Source of the DNA: Candidatus Poribacteria bacterium
GTDB lineage: Bacteria; Poribacteria; WGA-4E; PCPOR2b
DNA length: 64,000 nucleotides
Direction: 5' to 3'
NCBI GenBank assembly: GCA_965218095.1
Contig: OZ244587.1
Span: 256,001 to 320,000, forward strand
Numbering within the stretch: position 1 is the stretch's first letter; the number at the start of each line of letters is the position of its first letter. A program made the translations under genes and the position numbers. The notes beneath the pieces were generated by a model, which saw nothing but the letters and a program-made list of their open reading frames with translations, was not told where the DNA came from and did no database searches. Positions 11,421-23,128 of this stretch are shown here, piece after piece.

Positions 11421-12639
11421 GAGCTAAGTATATAAAGGTGGCGAATGTGGCATTCGGTAAGGGGGATTTGGTCGTTCAACAGGAAGATTTTGTTGGAACA
11501 GATGCCTACGAGGATGGAAACGTTCCGGAGCCGGCGTATGAGCGATTCCTTAAATACTGCGACGAAAAAGGAGAAACTTTATGTGCGTTTCTGTGTAACA
11601 AGATGTAATGGGGGTTAGAATCCCCTAACGATAACTTGCAATTGTTAGCCTTACCTTAACTGCTTTGCTTGAAAAGGCAAAGTGGGAAGCAAAGGAAAAC
11701 GGCAAATGCCCGCGAGAGAATGTAGACCCTCAGACGGCATGTCAGGCTAAGAACGTCATGGCTAAAACGAAAGTTGAACTGATGTAAGCCTCGTTACTCC
11801 TGATTAGGTGAATCTACAAGAGGGAAACTGGAGTAGTCCCTTATAAACAGCCTGTAGACAAAATGTCAAAGTGCTTTGGACAACATGTATAAGTTATGTT
11901 GTCAATAGAAGGTATAGTATATTTTTATACCTTCACGCAAGTCATACAGCATCGGGGTAAAGTCAGAGCCTAAAACGTTCACGACGTACATCTTGTGAGA
12001 ACAGGAAAGTCCCTAAGTTTCTCACTGAGAAATATGGGAGAGGAGATTCGTTATACTTTATAAGTAAAGCCGAATCAGAGTCATGGCTTTTGAAGGATTC
12101 TGAAATAGGTTTACCACTACGGAGATAATCAGGGACTGCAAACCTGTCCACCGAGCGGATTAGACATCTCGTCTAAGAATCTATAGGAATCTTGATAAGG
12201 CGGTTGAAAATGATGATAATAACCTGTAAGGAAAGTCAAAAGGCAACTCAGCCTATCGTAACTTTTGAACCCTCAAACCTTTCATAGTTAGTCATCATTT
12301 ATGACTGGGCAAGCCGTGTGCGGTGAAAGTCGCACGCACGGTTTTGATGGGAGGAAAATTCCGCAAGGAATCTACCTATCCATACTAGAGGGACTGAAGA
12401 ACCTCAAGCGATTGGCAGATTACCTGAATTTGGATCTGACAGCGCAAGTTGCCCAACGTCCCGGCGATTATGCTATTCTGTTCTGTTTTCGTCTTATCTG
12501 TGCTCAGACTATGGGATTTGCTTGGAGAACCACACACCTCGCCTTGAGAAGGGTACACTCCGCTGCCTTATTTTTGCTGCTAGCCTTGAAACGGTGCAAC
12601 CACCGCTTTGGGATGTCAGGTGGCAATTGGTTGACATGA
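11417..12639 (+). CDS. Hypothetical (immunity-like) protein split by a group II intron; exons 11417-11582 and 12386-12639
   Basis: Joined exons total 420 nt (139 aa) and read ...YCDEKGETL-L-EGLKNLKRLADYLNLDL...; 3' end of exon 2 uncertain. Confidence 0.6.
11583..12385 (+). ncRNA. ORF-less group II intron (IIB-like), 803 nt
   Basis: 5' GTGCG; 34-nt domain V AAGCCGTGTGCGGTGAAAGTCGCACGCACGGTTT (12311-12344) with AGC triad, GAAA loop, AC bulge; domain VI with bulged A12378 eight nt from a terminal AC; short domain IV closed by AAATGATGA/TCATCATTT; no RT ORF. Confidence 0.9.
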
Positions 12640-12724
12640 GCTACCATAAAAAAAGAATCCGTCCCCTCCAGAAAAAGTGAAGGGGTTGAAACGGGCGGGG
12701 AAGTTAGGACATAGAAACGCACAA

Positions 12725-15700
12725 ATGGAAACGCCAGAAAAGTTGAGATTTTGCCGTATTATCTTTCTCACCCTTTCTACATTTCTCCGGTCTTCGACCG
12801 AGAGTCCGAAACCTTCCCTCCTTCCATTCTTGCTTTCTTTCCTCCTTTCCTTCTTCATTCCCACTTTGCTTGATGCTTTACCTGAGTTCTGGACGGCGGA
12901 ACACCGCTATCTCTTGGTTCCGCTCAATCAAATGCGCCGGCAATCTGTGCAAGGGGCTCGGAGATTTTCGTTGCCTGGAGCGATAACCGACTGGGCAGGT
13001 GGGAAATCTTCTTTCGATATAGCCCTGATGGTGGGCTGACGTGGCAGCCGGAAGAACGTGTCACAACGACTCGCACGGATTCCGTCCAACCGGCGATTGC
13101 CTGCGATCAGGAGCAGATCCATCTTGTGTGGCAGAGCCTGCCCCGAGCTATCGGGGAACGCAGCGCAACGCAAACGCAAATCGGCTACAGTTCCTGGGAG
13201 GGCGTGGCTTGGAGCCCAACCCAGATTTTATCGCAACGGGGTATCTCCACCCGTCGCCCGAAGATTGCAACGACAAAGATCTTTCCCGGCGGGTTGGTTT
13301 ACGTTGTCTGGGAAGGTCAGCCGGACAATGGGCCGGGAGTAACAGCCTATCTCACACGCAACAGCGATGGCGGCCGAACATGTTCAAACCCACAGCCGAT
13401 TGTGTCGGAGGACTGGGATACGCGCGAACCGGATATCACGGGCGGGGTTCGCGCCGCTTATGTCACATGGCAGGACGGACGAGAGGCGACTTCGCAGATC
13501 TATGTCAAACGTTGGGATGAAGTGACGGTCAGCGCGGATTTTCGCCTTGCAGCAGTCGGGAATTGTCGGCGCCCATCGATTGCTGTTTTAGAGCCACAAG
13601 TATTCATGGCGTGGGAATGCAGCCTGAGTGAAACCGCGCCGGTGAACATCTTCGCGTCGGAAAGCAGGAATCGGGCGGAAACGTGGGGCCCCGCTGAACA
13701 AATTTCGTTTAATACAGCGGAATCAATCGTGCCACAAATCCTTGTGCATCGAGATGATGCGTGGGTACTCTGGCAGGACGGGGAGTCTGGCGTCCGGGAG
13801 GTTCACTTCGCACAACACCTGCAAAGCGCCTGGACACCCATAGCGCAATTCACTGTCGACGGAAGCCGACAATCCCATCCACCTAGTTTGGGTAGAGCTC
13901 ACAGATACAGCGCAATCAACCATATTTTATACCCAACGTGATACAATACCTCCCGGACGTCCCGCTCAATCGGTCCATCTTGACTTTGACTTATCTTCTG
14001 GCTTTGACAACGATTCACGTCTTACCTTCTCCTGGGAAGCCTCTACAATCCTCCCCTCTCCGTTTCAGGGAGTGGCCGGGGGAGAGGTCCGGTACCATGT
14101 TTTTGCGTCGATCGATGGCGGCGCGTTGACCGAAATTGGTTCGACGAATGACACGACCTTTACGTTCAACAGTGAGGATAACAAATCTTATCGCGTCGTG
14201 ATTCAAGCCGCTGATTCAGTCGGCAACCGGAGTGAATTCTCTAAACCGTCGGCGCCCGTATTCGTTGATCGGTCACCGCTAGACCTCGAAATTCATCTTC
14301 CTACCTCAAACATCGTAATCACGCGTCCCATTCCTGTGATCGCGACCTGTCTTGATACCAATCTGGTTGAATGCCGCCTTCAGTTTGGAGCAACGCGCAC
14401 ACTGAGCACTTGGACGTTGCTGGGCGAACCCATCCGTATTCCATTTCAAAGGGAATGTCTAATCGTGTGGAATACTAGCAACCTGGATGGCATTTATACG
14501 CTCGCGCTGACCGCAATTGATGAGGCTGGCAATCGTGTGACAACGCAAACGCCGCTCGTTATCGATAACACGCCGCCATTATCGATTGCGGGTGGGATGC
14601 AGACATCACTTCTGACCGATGAAAACCTGGAGGTTTCTTTCCGCACTCCTGTCTGGTCGCCCGATGGGGGTAAGATCGCTTTTTCCAGTAATGAAGGGGG
14701 CGCTAAAGACATCTGGTTACTAGAGCTTCCGTGACAATACACGCCATCGCCTCACCCACGACGCCGCAATCGACTTGAATCCCGCGTGGCATCCAGATTC
14801 GGATCGGCTTGCCTTTCAATCACAACGAAACGGTCGGTGGGAGATTTGGACTGTCCGATCTGATGGCAGTGATCACCACCCCTTGATTACCGTGGACAAC
14901 ACCGACAATCGTCCATCCGCGAATATCAATTTCGAGACGCCCACATGGTCACCTACAGGAGTGCAACTCGCCTTCGCCGCAGACCTTGATGGAGATTTGG
15001 AGATCTGGGCGGTGCAGAATGCTGATGATGTTTTGTCCGGCACAGTTTCCGATCTCTTCCAATTGACCCGAAACACCGCTCAAGACCTCCACCCAACATG
15101 GGCGCCTGATGGAACACAGTTAGTGTTTCAATCAGTCCGCACGGGAAATTGGGAGCTCTGGCAAATTAACATTGACGGTTCGGATGAAAAACGGGTATAT
15201 CAGAACTTCGCCAACGAAACGCTTCCGCGGTGGTCTCCCAATGGGAAGTTGCTGCTCTTTCTCTCCGATCAGTTGGGGCGCACGCCAGCCGCCTTCATTA
15301 TCAACCTGCGGGATGGAAGCCTCCCAACTCAGATTTCCCCAATCGGCGTTCCGACTGATAGTGTTGATTGGTCCCCCGATGGACGGGAAATCATCTATCA
15401 ATCCGGCGATCGGTTGCATCGGCTGCCGCTCGAATTTCCTGCGCCGCCGATTGAGGCGATGATTACCCATCCTTATACAGGCGAGCAATTGAGCGGCAGA
15501 GTCGATCTCTTTGGACTTGCTCGTGGCACACTGTTTCAGGAATACCGCTTAGAGTATGCGTCAGTTTATGCGGGCGAGGCAAGCATCGCCCCGCCGACGT
15601 AGCATCGGATTGGTGGGCGATAACCACCCCGGTAACGCAGATTGAAAATCCCGATTTTATTGGGAAGGGTTTTCTCGGACGGTGGGATACACAGCAGTTG

Positions 15701-18051
15701 CGTGGAGAATACTTAATACGGCTTGTTGTGGCTTCAGCAAATGGGGATGAAATTGAGGACCGTATCTGCATCTCTATTGAGAACGAACGCCCACGCCTTG
15801 AGATTTTCGATCCGCCTGAAGATCTGTTGACGTTAAACACACAAATAACAGTGCGTGGGGGAACAGAGAAATTGAACACTATCATTCTCAAATCCGAACA
15901 GATTGAAATGCCCTTACCCCTCGACCAGAACAGCGGCTTTGTTGTACAATTGCTTCTGAGCGAAGGTGCAAATCAGATTGAGATCAAGGCAACAAACCCA
16001 ATCGGCCTAGAGACGCGCGTGATCCGAACCGTACAGCGTGACAGCCAACCGCCGCAGATTATGTTGAATTCGCCGCAGGATTTCGCCATTTCTGAAGTGC
16101 CTTACGTCACCGTGTCAGGTCAGGTAGATGACTCCGATGTACAACTCTCGATTAACGAGGTGGTCGTACCGCTCAAAGCGGATGGGCGTTTTGAGCGGAC
16201 GCTGCTGCTAAAGACAGCGGATGCCGTTAATGGCACGGAAGGGGAAGTGACCAACCTCATCCGCGTGGCAGCCGTCGATCAGCTTGGTCGCAGGACAGAA
16301 GTCCAACGCCGTGTCATTTATGAAAAGAAAGGACGTTCCCTCCGGACAGATCTCAATTCGCCGGCAATTGCGGAAGTGTCGCCCCCCGATGGTGCGTCTC
16401 TGGATGGATCGGCGGTAAAAATCACAGCAATCTTAATTGATGATGTGGCAATTGATCCGTTGACAATTCGTTTCAGCTTCGACGATGAAGAATTTGTGTT
16501 TGACAGGACGGAGGAGGCTGCAAGCTTTGATGGAAGAATTTTTGATTTTCGCCCTGAAACGGATCAATTCACGTATACACCGCCAATTCAATTGATCGAT
16601 GGCTCCCATCACTTCACGTTGGAGGTTCAAGATACAGCCGGAAATTCGGCTGCGCCAATCGATTTCACGTTTGTCATCGACACGCAACCATTTCAAGCGT
16701 CAATTTCGGCGGAACGGATTGAAGGGGAGAATAACACCCTCAAAATCACGATGACAACGAATAAGCGGTTGGCGGTGATTCCTGTCGTTGAAGCTCTCCC
16801 ATCTGGCTCAACATTGGGGTATACGCTCAACCTCGATCAGTTCAGCAAGGAACAGATCAACATCGGCGCTGAAATCGAACCTCGGACTGTTACCATCTTT
16901 CGGTATGAAAGCGATTTTCCTGTTTCTCCCTCCCAGAGTAGGTTCACCCTTTCTACCCGCATTTGCCCTCTTAACGCGGATGCGCGCGCTGTACGCGGCT
17001 ATTTCACCGATCAAGATCAGTTTCCGGATGCCCCCCTTGTTCCGTTTCGGCAGGCCATTCGTGGGCAGTCTTCTCCGCTGACGGCGACCCTTCTCGCTAT
17101 CGACGGGGGGGGCAGTGTTATGTTCGTGGGAGGTGGTTCAACGTTTCGTGCGACCTTGCGCAGTCAAGGCGGATTGGATCAAAATACGATTCTCGCACAG
17201 CGACAGAACGCCGAGAATCGAAAGCTCACCACACTCCACCCCGTCTACGTTGTTGAATCTCCTGCGGAAGGACAGGAAATTTCATTTCGGATTGCACTCC
17301 CCCTTCCTCCAGAGCAAAGTAAAAAAGAGGATGGGGTTGCAATGTTCCAGTGGGATAGCCAATTCCAGCGATGGCGACCGCTTGACGCAGGCATGAATCC
17401 GTCCGGCATGCTCGAAGCTATCGCCAACCAGTTTGGGAGTTACGCGCTGCTCGTGGATCGAGTCCCGCCAATCATACGCGCGGTTTTTCCCGAGGATCGA
17501 GCCGAAGTTCCTCTTGACTACTTTCTCATTGTGCATGAGATTACCGACGAAGGTTCTGGTGTTGATGCCATTCAATTGTGGGTGGATGATCAGCCCGTGC
17601 AATTCCTTTATGAGAAAGCAGCGGAACGCTTGACCTACCTGCCGAGCAACCTCGATCCGGGCAGGCATACCCTTGAAATTCGTACGACGGATCGAGCGGA
17701 CAACGAAGCGCGACAAACAATGGTTTTCTTTACGCGCGATATTTTCGACTTTGCCGATAAAGTTGTCGCCTATCCAAATCCGGCTTCACACAATGTCATC
17801 ATTACATTCAAGCTCACCAAATTTGCCGACGTTGAGTTAAAGATTTATGATGTCACCGGGGGTTTGCTCTATACGGATGCGTTGCGCAATGTCGTCGGTC
17901 AACGGTCAGAATCGCTGGACGAAGCCTTCGTCTAGGATGTGAGAATCAGTCGGGTGAGCCCGTCGCAAGCGGCGTTTATATCTACAGCCTGGAAGCAGAA
18001 CGGGAAGGACGAACAGTCCGCCGGTTCGGGAAGGTCGCGGTTGTTCGATAA
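12725..18051 (+). pseudogene. Large secreted protein (sialidase/BNR-like, FN3, TolB-like PD40 repeats, Ig-like, FlgD-like C-terminus), multiply disrupted
   Basis: ORFs 12677, 13126, 14072, 14775, 15698; PVWSPDG repeats; VAYPNPAS; AFV*D..ENQSGEPVASGVYIY; several frameshifts and TAGs at 15600 and 17933. Confidence 0.8.
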
Positions 18052-18144
18052 ATGAGTAAATAGTTCAGGAGTTCATTTACGCATTAGGTATCAGGTGCTC
18101 GCTCATTTCTAAGACCTGAACCTAATACCTGCACATTTTTGCTA

Positions 18145-18174
18145 TTGACAGAAAGCGACCTTATCTTTTATACT
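18145..18174 (+). promoter_or_regulatory. sigma70 promoter
   Basis: TTGACA-18 nt-TATACT upstream of the 18290 gene. Confidence 0.6.
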
Positions 18175-18289
18175 AAGACACGATTAACCCTACTGATTGA
18201 ACGATCCAATGACTGATCCATCTATCCTACCCTAAAATTATGGTAGTGTTTTGTGAGATTATTTAATTTGGCTGAAAACAAAGGACAAA

Positions 18290-21200
18290 ATGCAGACAAT
18301 TCCTGAATTTTTTCATGATAAAGTAATACTGATCACCGGTGCCACAGGCTTTCTCGGCCAGGCGCTCGTCGCTAAAATTCTCACCGATCTCCCCGGTGTG
18401 AAAAAGATTTACCTGCTCATCCGCAATCGGACTGAACCCAATGGAAAAATCCACACCGCCGAAGATCGTCTGGACGATGAGTTTTTCACCTCCAGCGTCT
18501 TCGCAAAACTGCGGCAGACGCATCGGGAACAATTTGACGCATGGATTCGTGCAAAAGTCTATGCAGTAGAAGGCGACCTGGCTTACGAGCGGCTTGGTAT
18601 GTCTGATGCTTCCTATAAGAAGTTACAGCGTGAGGTACAAATCTTCATCAACAGCGCAGCCTTCGTCAGATTTGATCCCCCAATTGATGAGGCTGCCCAA
18701 CTCAACACCCTTTCGGCAAAATATGCGGTTGAATTTGCCAGAGGCTGTAACGATCCAGTTTTTCTTCACGTATCGACCGCATACGTTTGTGAGAATCGAC
18801 CGGGGGAGATCGCTGAGGAATTGCATCCACCGTATGAAACTTTCGCCGCGCAGTATTGCAAGGGAGCAGGAGAGCGCATTCCGATGACTCTCGAAGCGGA
18901 AGTCGAAGAGATGTTCCGTATTAGTGAAGAAATAAGGAGAGAAGCAGAACAACCGGAACGAGTCGATCAATTTCGACGGCAAGCCTTACGACAGATCGGG
19001 AATAGGAAAGAGAATCGCCGTCCGCTTGATGAGGAGTTTGAAAATATTCGGGAAAAATGGATTGAGTGGCGTCTCATCAATGAGGGTTTGAAACGCGCGC
19101 ATGCGCGCGGCTGGAACGATACCTATGCTTATACCAAAGCCCTTGGCGAACAGACGATCGCGAAGGTGCGAGGCGATTTGCCGACGGCAATTATTCGCCA
19201 ATCAATTATGGAAAGTAGCCTTGAGGAGCCAGAGCCAGGCTGGCTCGGTGGATCTCTTCGCATGGCAGATCCAATTATCGTTGGCTTCGGAAAAGGACGC
19301 TTGCCCGACTTCCCCGCCGATCCGGATAGTATCCTTGATCTTATTCCTGTTGACTTTGTTGTCAACGCGATGTTAGCCGCTGCCGTGCAGACCTATCACA
19401 ATCGTGGTATTGAAGTCTATCATATTGCGAGTGGATCAGTCAACCCCCTCACTTTTGACGGAATCGTCAAGACAACCCACGAATACTTTGTGAAGTATCC
19501 GATGTTCGACAAAGGGAAGCCGATACCCGTTCCCGTGTGGAAATATCCGAGTGAAAAAAAATTCCGACGTAAGTTGCGCCATAAGCTTTGTGTGCTTAAT
19601 ACAGTAAGCTGGTTACTCAATCGAATTCCAGCGAAATGGGCAAAGCGGAAAAATCGCCGTATTGCGGCGGTACAGACTGCCATTGAGGCATTGCAATATT
19701 ACATTCAGATTTATGGGCCCTACACACGTCTTAGCTTTGAGTTTGAAACAAGCAAAACGCAGCAACTGTATCGTTCACTCTCGCCTTCAGATCAGCAGCG
19801 CTTCAATTTCGATATTTCACGAATTGATTGGGGGTATTACCTCAAAGAGGTCCACATTCCGGGTGTTAAACGGCACGCTCTTAAGCTAGGGGAGGAATCA
19901 GCGAGCCAGCGAATCAGCGAACCAGCGCAAGATTCTCCCCTTTACGAAGGGGACGCTAGAGAGGGTAATGAACCTACGCATCAACAAATTGGCGAATCGT
20001 CCAAATCTCTGGAATATCGAACAATTATAGACCTAGTTGCCCAAAAAGCTGAATCCATCCCGGATAAGACCGCATTGCAGATAAAACGAGCGGACAAATG
20101 GGTACGCTATTCTTACCGTCAAATCCATGATGTCTCGCGAAAGATTGCATTTTCACTGTGGGAACGCGATTACCGAAAAGGCGATCGGGTCATCCTCTTT
20201 GCCGAAAATCAGCCTGAATGGGGCCTCGCTTATTTAGCCGCCGTGCAGATTGGTCTCATTGTGGTTCCAATAGATCGGCAGACTGCTGAAGGGGAGATCT
20301 GTGCACTTGCCAGGTTTACTGAGGCGAAGGCGATCTTGACTTCCGAAACTCTGGTTGACCGTCTACACAACGCTGAATGTCTGCAGAACACCACAGATCA
20401 ACCACCAGAACTTTTGAACATCAATCAGTTCTGCCAGCCTTTTGAAGTCGGACAACCAGAGCAACTGGCAGAAGTATCAGAGAATTTCCCCGACGTCGAA
20501 ATCGACCCGGATACGATCGCTTCGATTATCTTCACAGCCGGTACAACCGTGGATGCAAAAGGCGTGATGTTACCCCACAGGAGTTTCGTCGCCAACGTCT
20601 GTGCTGTTGCAGAAGCGCTGCCTCCCTGCGATACGGATCGATTCCTCTCCGTGCTGCCGCTGTATCACGCCCTGGAGTTTACATGTGGCTTCCTGATGTC
20701 GATTTATGCCGGTGCAACGGTGACCTATCTGAGGACGCTCAAACCGACTGCAATTTTGGAAGCAATGCAGGAAACAAAGACCACGGTTCTCATTGGGGTG
20801 CCGCGTCTGTTCAAGCTGCTCTACGATACAATCGAACGTTATGTGGTCCGATATTCTGAGGCGATGGAGACGCCCATTGATGCAGAAGTCGTCGAAAAGG
20901 TTCAATCCGCGTTGGGGGGGCATATTCGTGTCCTCGTCAGTGGCGGCGCCGCCTTGCCGAATGAAGTATACAATGCATTCCAGCAATTCGGGCTAACAAT
21001 CTACCAGGGCTACGGTATGACAGAGACAGCTCCTGTTCTGAGTGTCAATCCCTACGACAAAAGCAAGTGCGGGTCTGTTGGGCCCGCTGTGCGAGGGGTG
21101 AAACTCCGGATCGTCAACCCTGACAGTGATGGAATTGGTGAAATTGTGACCAACAGCCCAGGTGCCATGAAAGGCTACTATCGGAATCAAAGTGCGACAG

Positions 21201-22729
21201 AGAAGGTGATTCGAGATGGTTTGCTCTATACCGGAGATTTGGGGTATTTCGATGAAGAAGGGTATCTGTACATCACCGGACGCAGCAAAGATGTAATTGT
21301 GTCCGGTGCAGGTAAAAATATTTACCCGGTTGAAATCGAAGAGCTCTATCGGCACAGCCCCGATATCGCAGAGATCTGTGTTGTGGGTATGAGCGGGGAG
21401 AACTCGGTTGGTGAGGAAGTTCACGCGGTCATCGTTCCAACTCATGGTGATGACCAGAATCCCGCCAACATTGAAAAGGCTATCCGCGAACACCTTCAGG
21501 AGCGTTCACGGAATCTGCCGACATATCAGCGCACCCATAAAGTGCACTTTTGGGAGACCGAATTACCCCGGACATCAAACTTTGACATCCATCGACGACG
21601 GGTTAAGGAGCGGCTACAAGAACAATTGTCTGAGCAGCCACAGGGTGCTTTGGATCCCGACTCTATCGACAAGAACAGCGCTGCAATAGCAGGAGAAGCG
21701 CCCCAATCTGCGACGCCTGCTGATGAGGGAACTACAGAAATAGACATGCCTTCGGCCTGGGAGAGCGCAATTGTCTCTGAACTGAGTCGTTTGACGCAGG
21801 CGCCTGCTGATCGGATATGCTTGAACAGTAGGTTAGATTTAGATCTCGGGTTGGACTCGCTTGCACGAGTGGAATTGCTTCTTTTTTTGGAAATCAAACT
21901 CCAACAAACAATCCCTGACGAGATGGTTGCCCAGATTCAGACCGTCAGCAACGTAGTCAAAACAGTCAAAACCTTGCAATCTCAGCCCGCGCCCCACAAC
22001 ACGGATGCAGAAATATCTTACCCCATCCGTGTTGAACAACCCCGCTCTGTTCAATCTGAAACCGGACCTTTATTCATAAAACTTGTGGGCTTACTCCGGT
22101 TCGGTATACGTATCGTCTATCGGCATTATTTCTCAATCAAGTGCGATGGGCTGGAGAATATTCCACGCGCCCAACCGTATATCATCGCTGCTAATCACAC
22201 GAGTCATCTTGACACTCCTGCAATCATAACTGCTTTAGAGGACGAATCCAGACGTCTGAGAGTTCTTGCTGCAAAGGACTACTGGTTTAATACCCGTTTC
22301 AAATCATGGTTTTTTGGGAAATTGCTTAACTTCTTGCCATTTGATCGGACAGCCAACTTCCTAGAAGGTATCCGAATTTCGCAGGAGGTCCTGCAACAGA
22401 ATCAGTCCTTGCTTATCTATCCTGAGGGGACGCGTTCTGTCACAGGTGAGCTTCAACCGTTCAAACCAGGGCTGGGGCTGTTGGCTTATGAAACCGGTGT
22501 TCCGATTGTCCCGGCTTATATTGACGGTACTTACCGCGCCTTGCCTAAAGGCAAAAACCTGCCCCGTAAGAGCCGAATTCAGGTTGTTTTCGGCGAACCC
22601 ATCACGTCGGCTCCTTCTCAAATCGGAGGAAAGGGCACAAAAAGTCACGAGACGTACAGAGAAATCACCCGAGAAATCAGATCCAAGATTGAAGCTCTGC
22701 GATTTGATTGCCTGAACCGTGAAACGTAA
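18290..22729 (+). CDS. Multidomain fatty acyl reductase - adenylation - ACP - PlsC acyltransferase (ElbD-like lipid synthase)
   Basis: TGATGFLG, HVSTAYV, YAYTKALGE; IIFTAGTT..AKG, QGYGMTE, YTGDLG; DLGLDSL; NHTSHLD, YPEGTRS. Confidence 0.9.
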   Translation: MQTIPEFFHDKVILITGATGFLGQALVAKILTDLPGVKKIYLLIRNRTEPNGKIHTAEDRLDDEFFTSSVFAKLRQTHREQFDAWIRAKVYAVEGDLAYERLGMSDASYKKLQREVQIFINSAAFVRFDPPIDEAAQLNTLSAKYAVEFARGCNDPVFLHVSTAYVCENRPGEIAEELHPPYETFAAQYCKGAGERIPMTLEAEVEEMFRISEEIRREAEQPERVDQFRRQALRQIGNRKENRRPLDEEFENIREKWIEWRLINEGLKRAHARGWNDTYAYTKALGEQTIAKVRGDLPTAIIRQSIMESSLEEPEPGWLGGSLRMADPIIVGFGKGRLPDFPADPDSILDLIPVDFVVNAMLAAAVQTYHNRGIEVYHIASGSVNPLTFDGIVKTTHEYFVKYPMFDKGKPIPVPVWKYPSEKKFRRKLRHKLCVLNTVSWLLNRIPAKWAKRKNRRIAAVQTAIEALQYYIQIYGPYTRLSFEFETSKTQQLYRSLSPSDQQRFNFDISRIDWGYYLKEVHIPGVKRHALKLGEESASQRISEPAQDSPLYEGDAREGNEPTHQQIGESSKSLEYRTIIDLVAQKAESIPDKTALQIKRADKWVRYSYRQIHDVSRKIAFSLWERDYRKGDRVILFAENQPEWGLAYLAAVQIGLIVVPIDRQTAEGEICALARFTEAKAILTSETLVDRLHNAECLQNTTDQPPELLNINQFCQPFEVGQPEQLAEVSENFPDVEIDPDTIASIIFTAGTTVDAKGVMLPHRSFVANVCAVAEALPPCDTDRFLSVLPLYHALEFTCGFLMSIYAGATVTYLRTLKPTAILEAMQETKTTVLIGVPRLFKLLYDTIERYVVRYSEAMETPIDAEVVEKVQSALGGHIRVLVSGGAALPNEVYNAFQQFGLTIYQGYGMTETAPVLSVNPYDKSKCGSVGPAVRGVKLRIVNPDSDGIGEIVTNSPGAMKGYYRNQSATEKVIRDGLLYTGDLGYFDEEGYLYITGRSKDVIVSGAGKNIYPVEIEELYRHSPDIAEICVVGMSGENSVGEEVHAVIVPTHGDDQNPANIEKAIREHLQERSRNLPTYQRTHKVHFWETELPRTSNFDIHRRRVKERLQEQLSEQPQGALDPDSIDKNSAAIAGEAPQSATPADEGTTEIDMPSAWESAIVSELSRLTQAPADRICLNSRLDLDLGLDSLARVELLLFLEIKLQQTIPDEMVAQIQTVSNVVKTVKTLQSQPAPHNTDAEISYPIRVEQPRSVQSETGPLFIKLVGLLRFGIRIVYRHYFSIKCDGLENIPRAQPYIIAANHTSHLDTPAIITALEDESRRLRVLAAKDYWFNTRFKSWFFGKLLNFLPFDRTANFLEGIRISQEVLQQNQSLLIYPEGTRSVTGELQPFKPGLGLLAYETGVPIVPAYIDGTYRALPKGKNLPRKSRIQVVFGEPITSAPSQIGGKGTKSHETYREITREIRSKIEALRFDCLNRET

Positions 22730-22757
22730 AACGTAATCAACAAAGGGGAAGTACAAT

Positions 22758-23063
22758 ATGCCACGCATACATGACCGCGGCGGATGGCCTGACGCTGGTC
22801 CCATCAATACAACTGAGCATGAACTTTCGATGTGGGAGAAAAATTTGATGGGCGTTCTCGCTGTATGCCCTTCTTATTTTAATGGAGATGAGTTCCGTCG
22901 GGCAATCGAGAACATCGATTCGAACAGATACGAGCGGTTGAGTTACTTCGAGCGATGGGGCGTCGCGCTTGAGACCCTCCTGATCCAGAAAGGTGTACTG
23001 ACGCTTGAGGAAATTGATCAGAAGATGGAGGCGTTAGAAGAATCTAATCTTTCAAAGGTTTAA
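22758..23063 (+). CDS. Nitrile hydratase beta N-terminal-like / thiocyanate hydrolase ScnB-like protein
   Basis: IHDRGG, WEK, DEFRRAIE, YERLSYFERW, LIQKGVLT.EEI. Confidence 0.8.
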   Translation: MPRIHDRGGWPDAGPINTTEHELSMWEKNLMGVLAVCPSYFNGDEFRRAIENIDSNRYERLSYFERWGVALETLLIQKGVLTLEEIDQKMEALEESNLSKV

Positions 23064-23128
23064 ACTTTGCGAAGGTTTCAAACCGATCTTTAATCGGGGT
23101 TGGACGAATGCCGGTCAAGGAGACCACA

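Noticed and set aside
12301-12385. N-terminus of ORF 12301-12639 as protein
   Set aside because: It is intron domains V-VI read through by chance.
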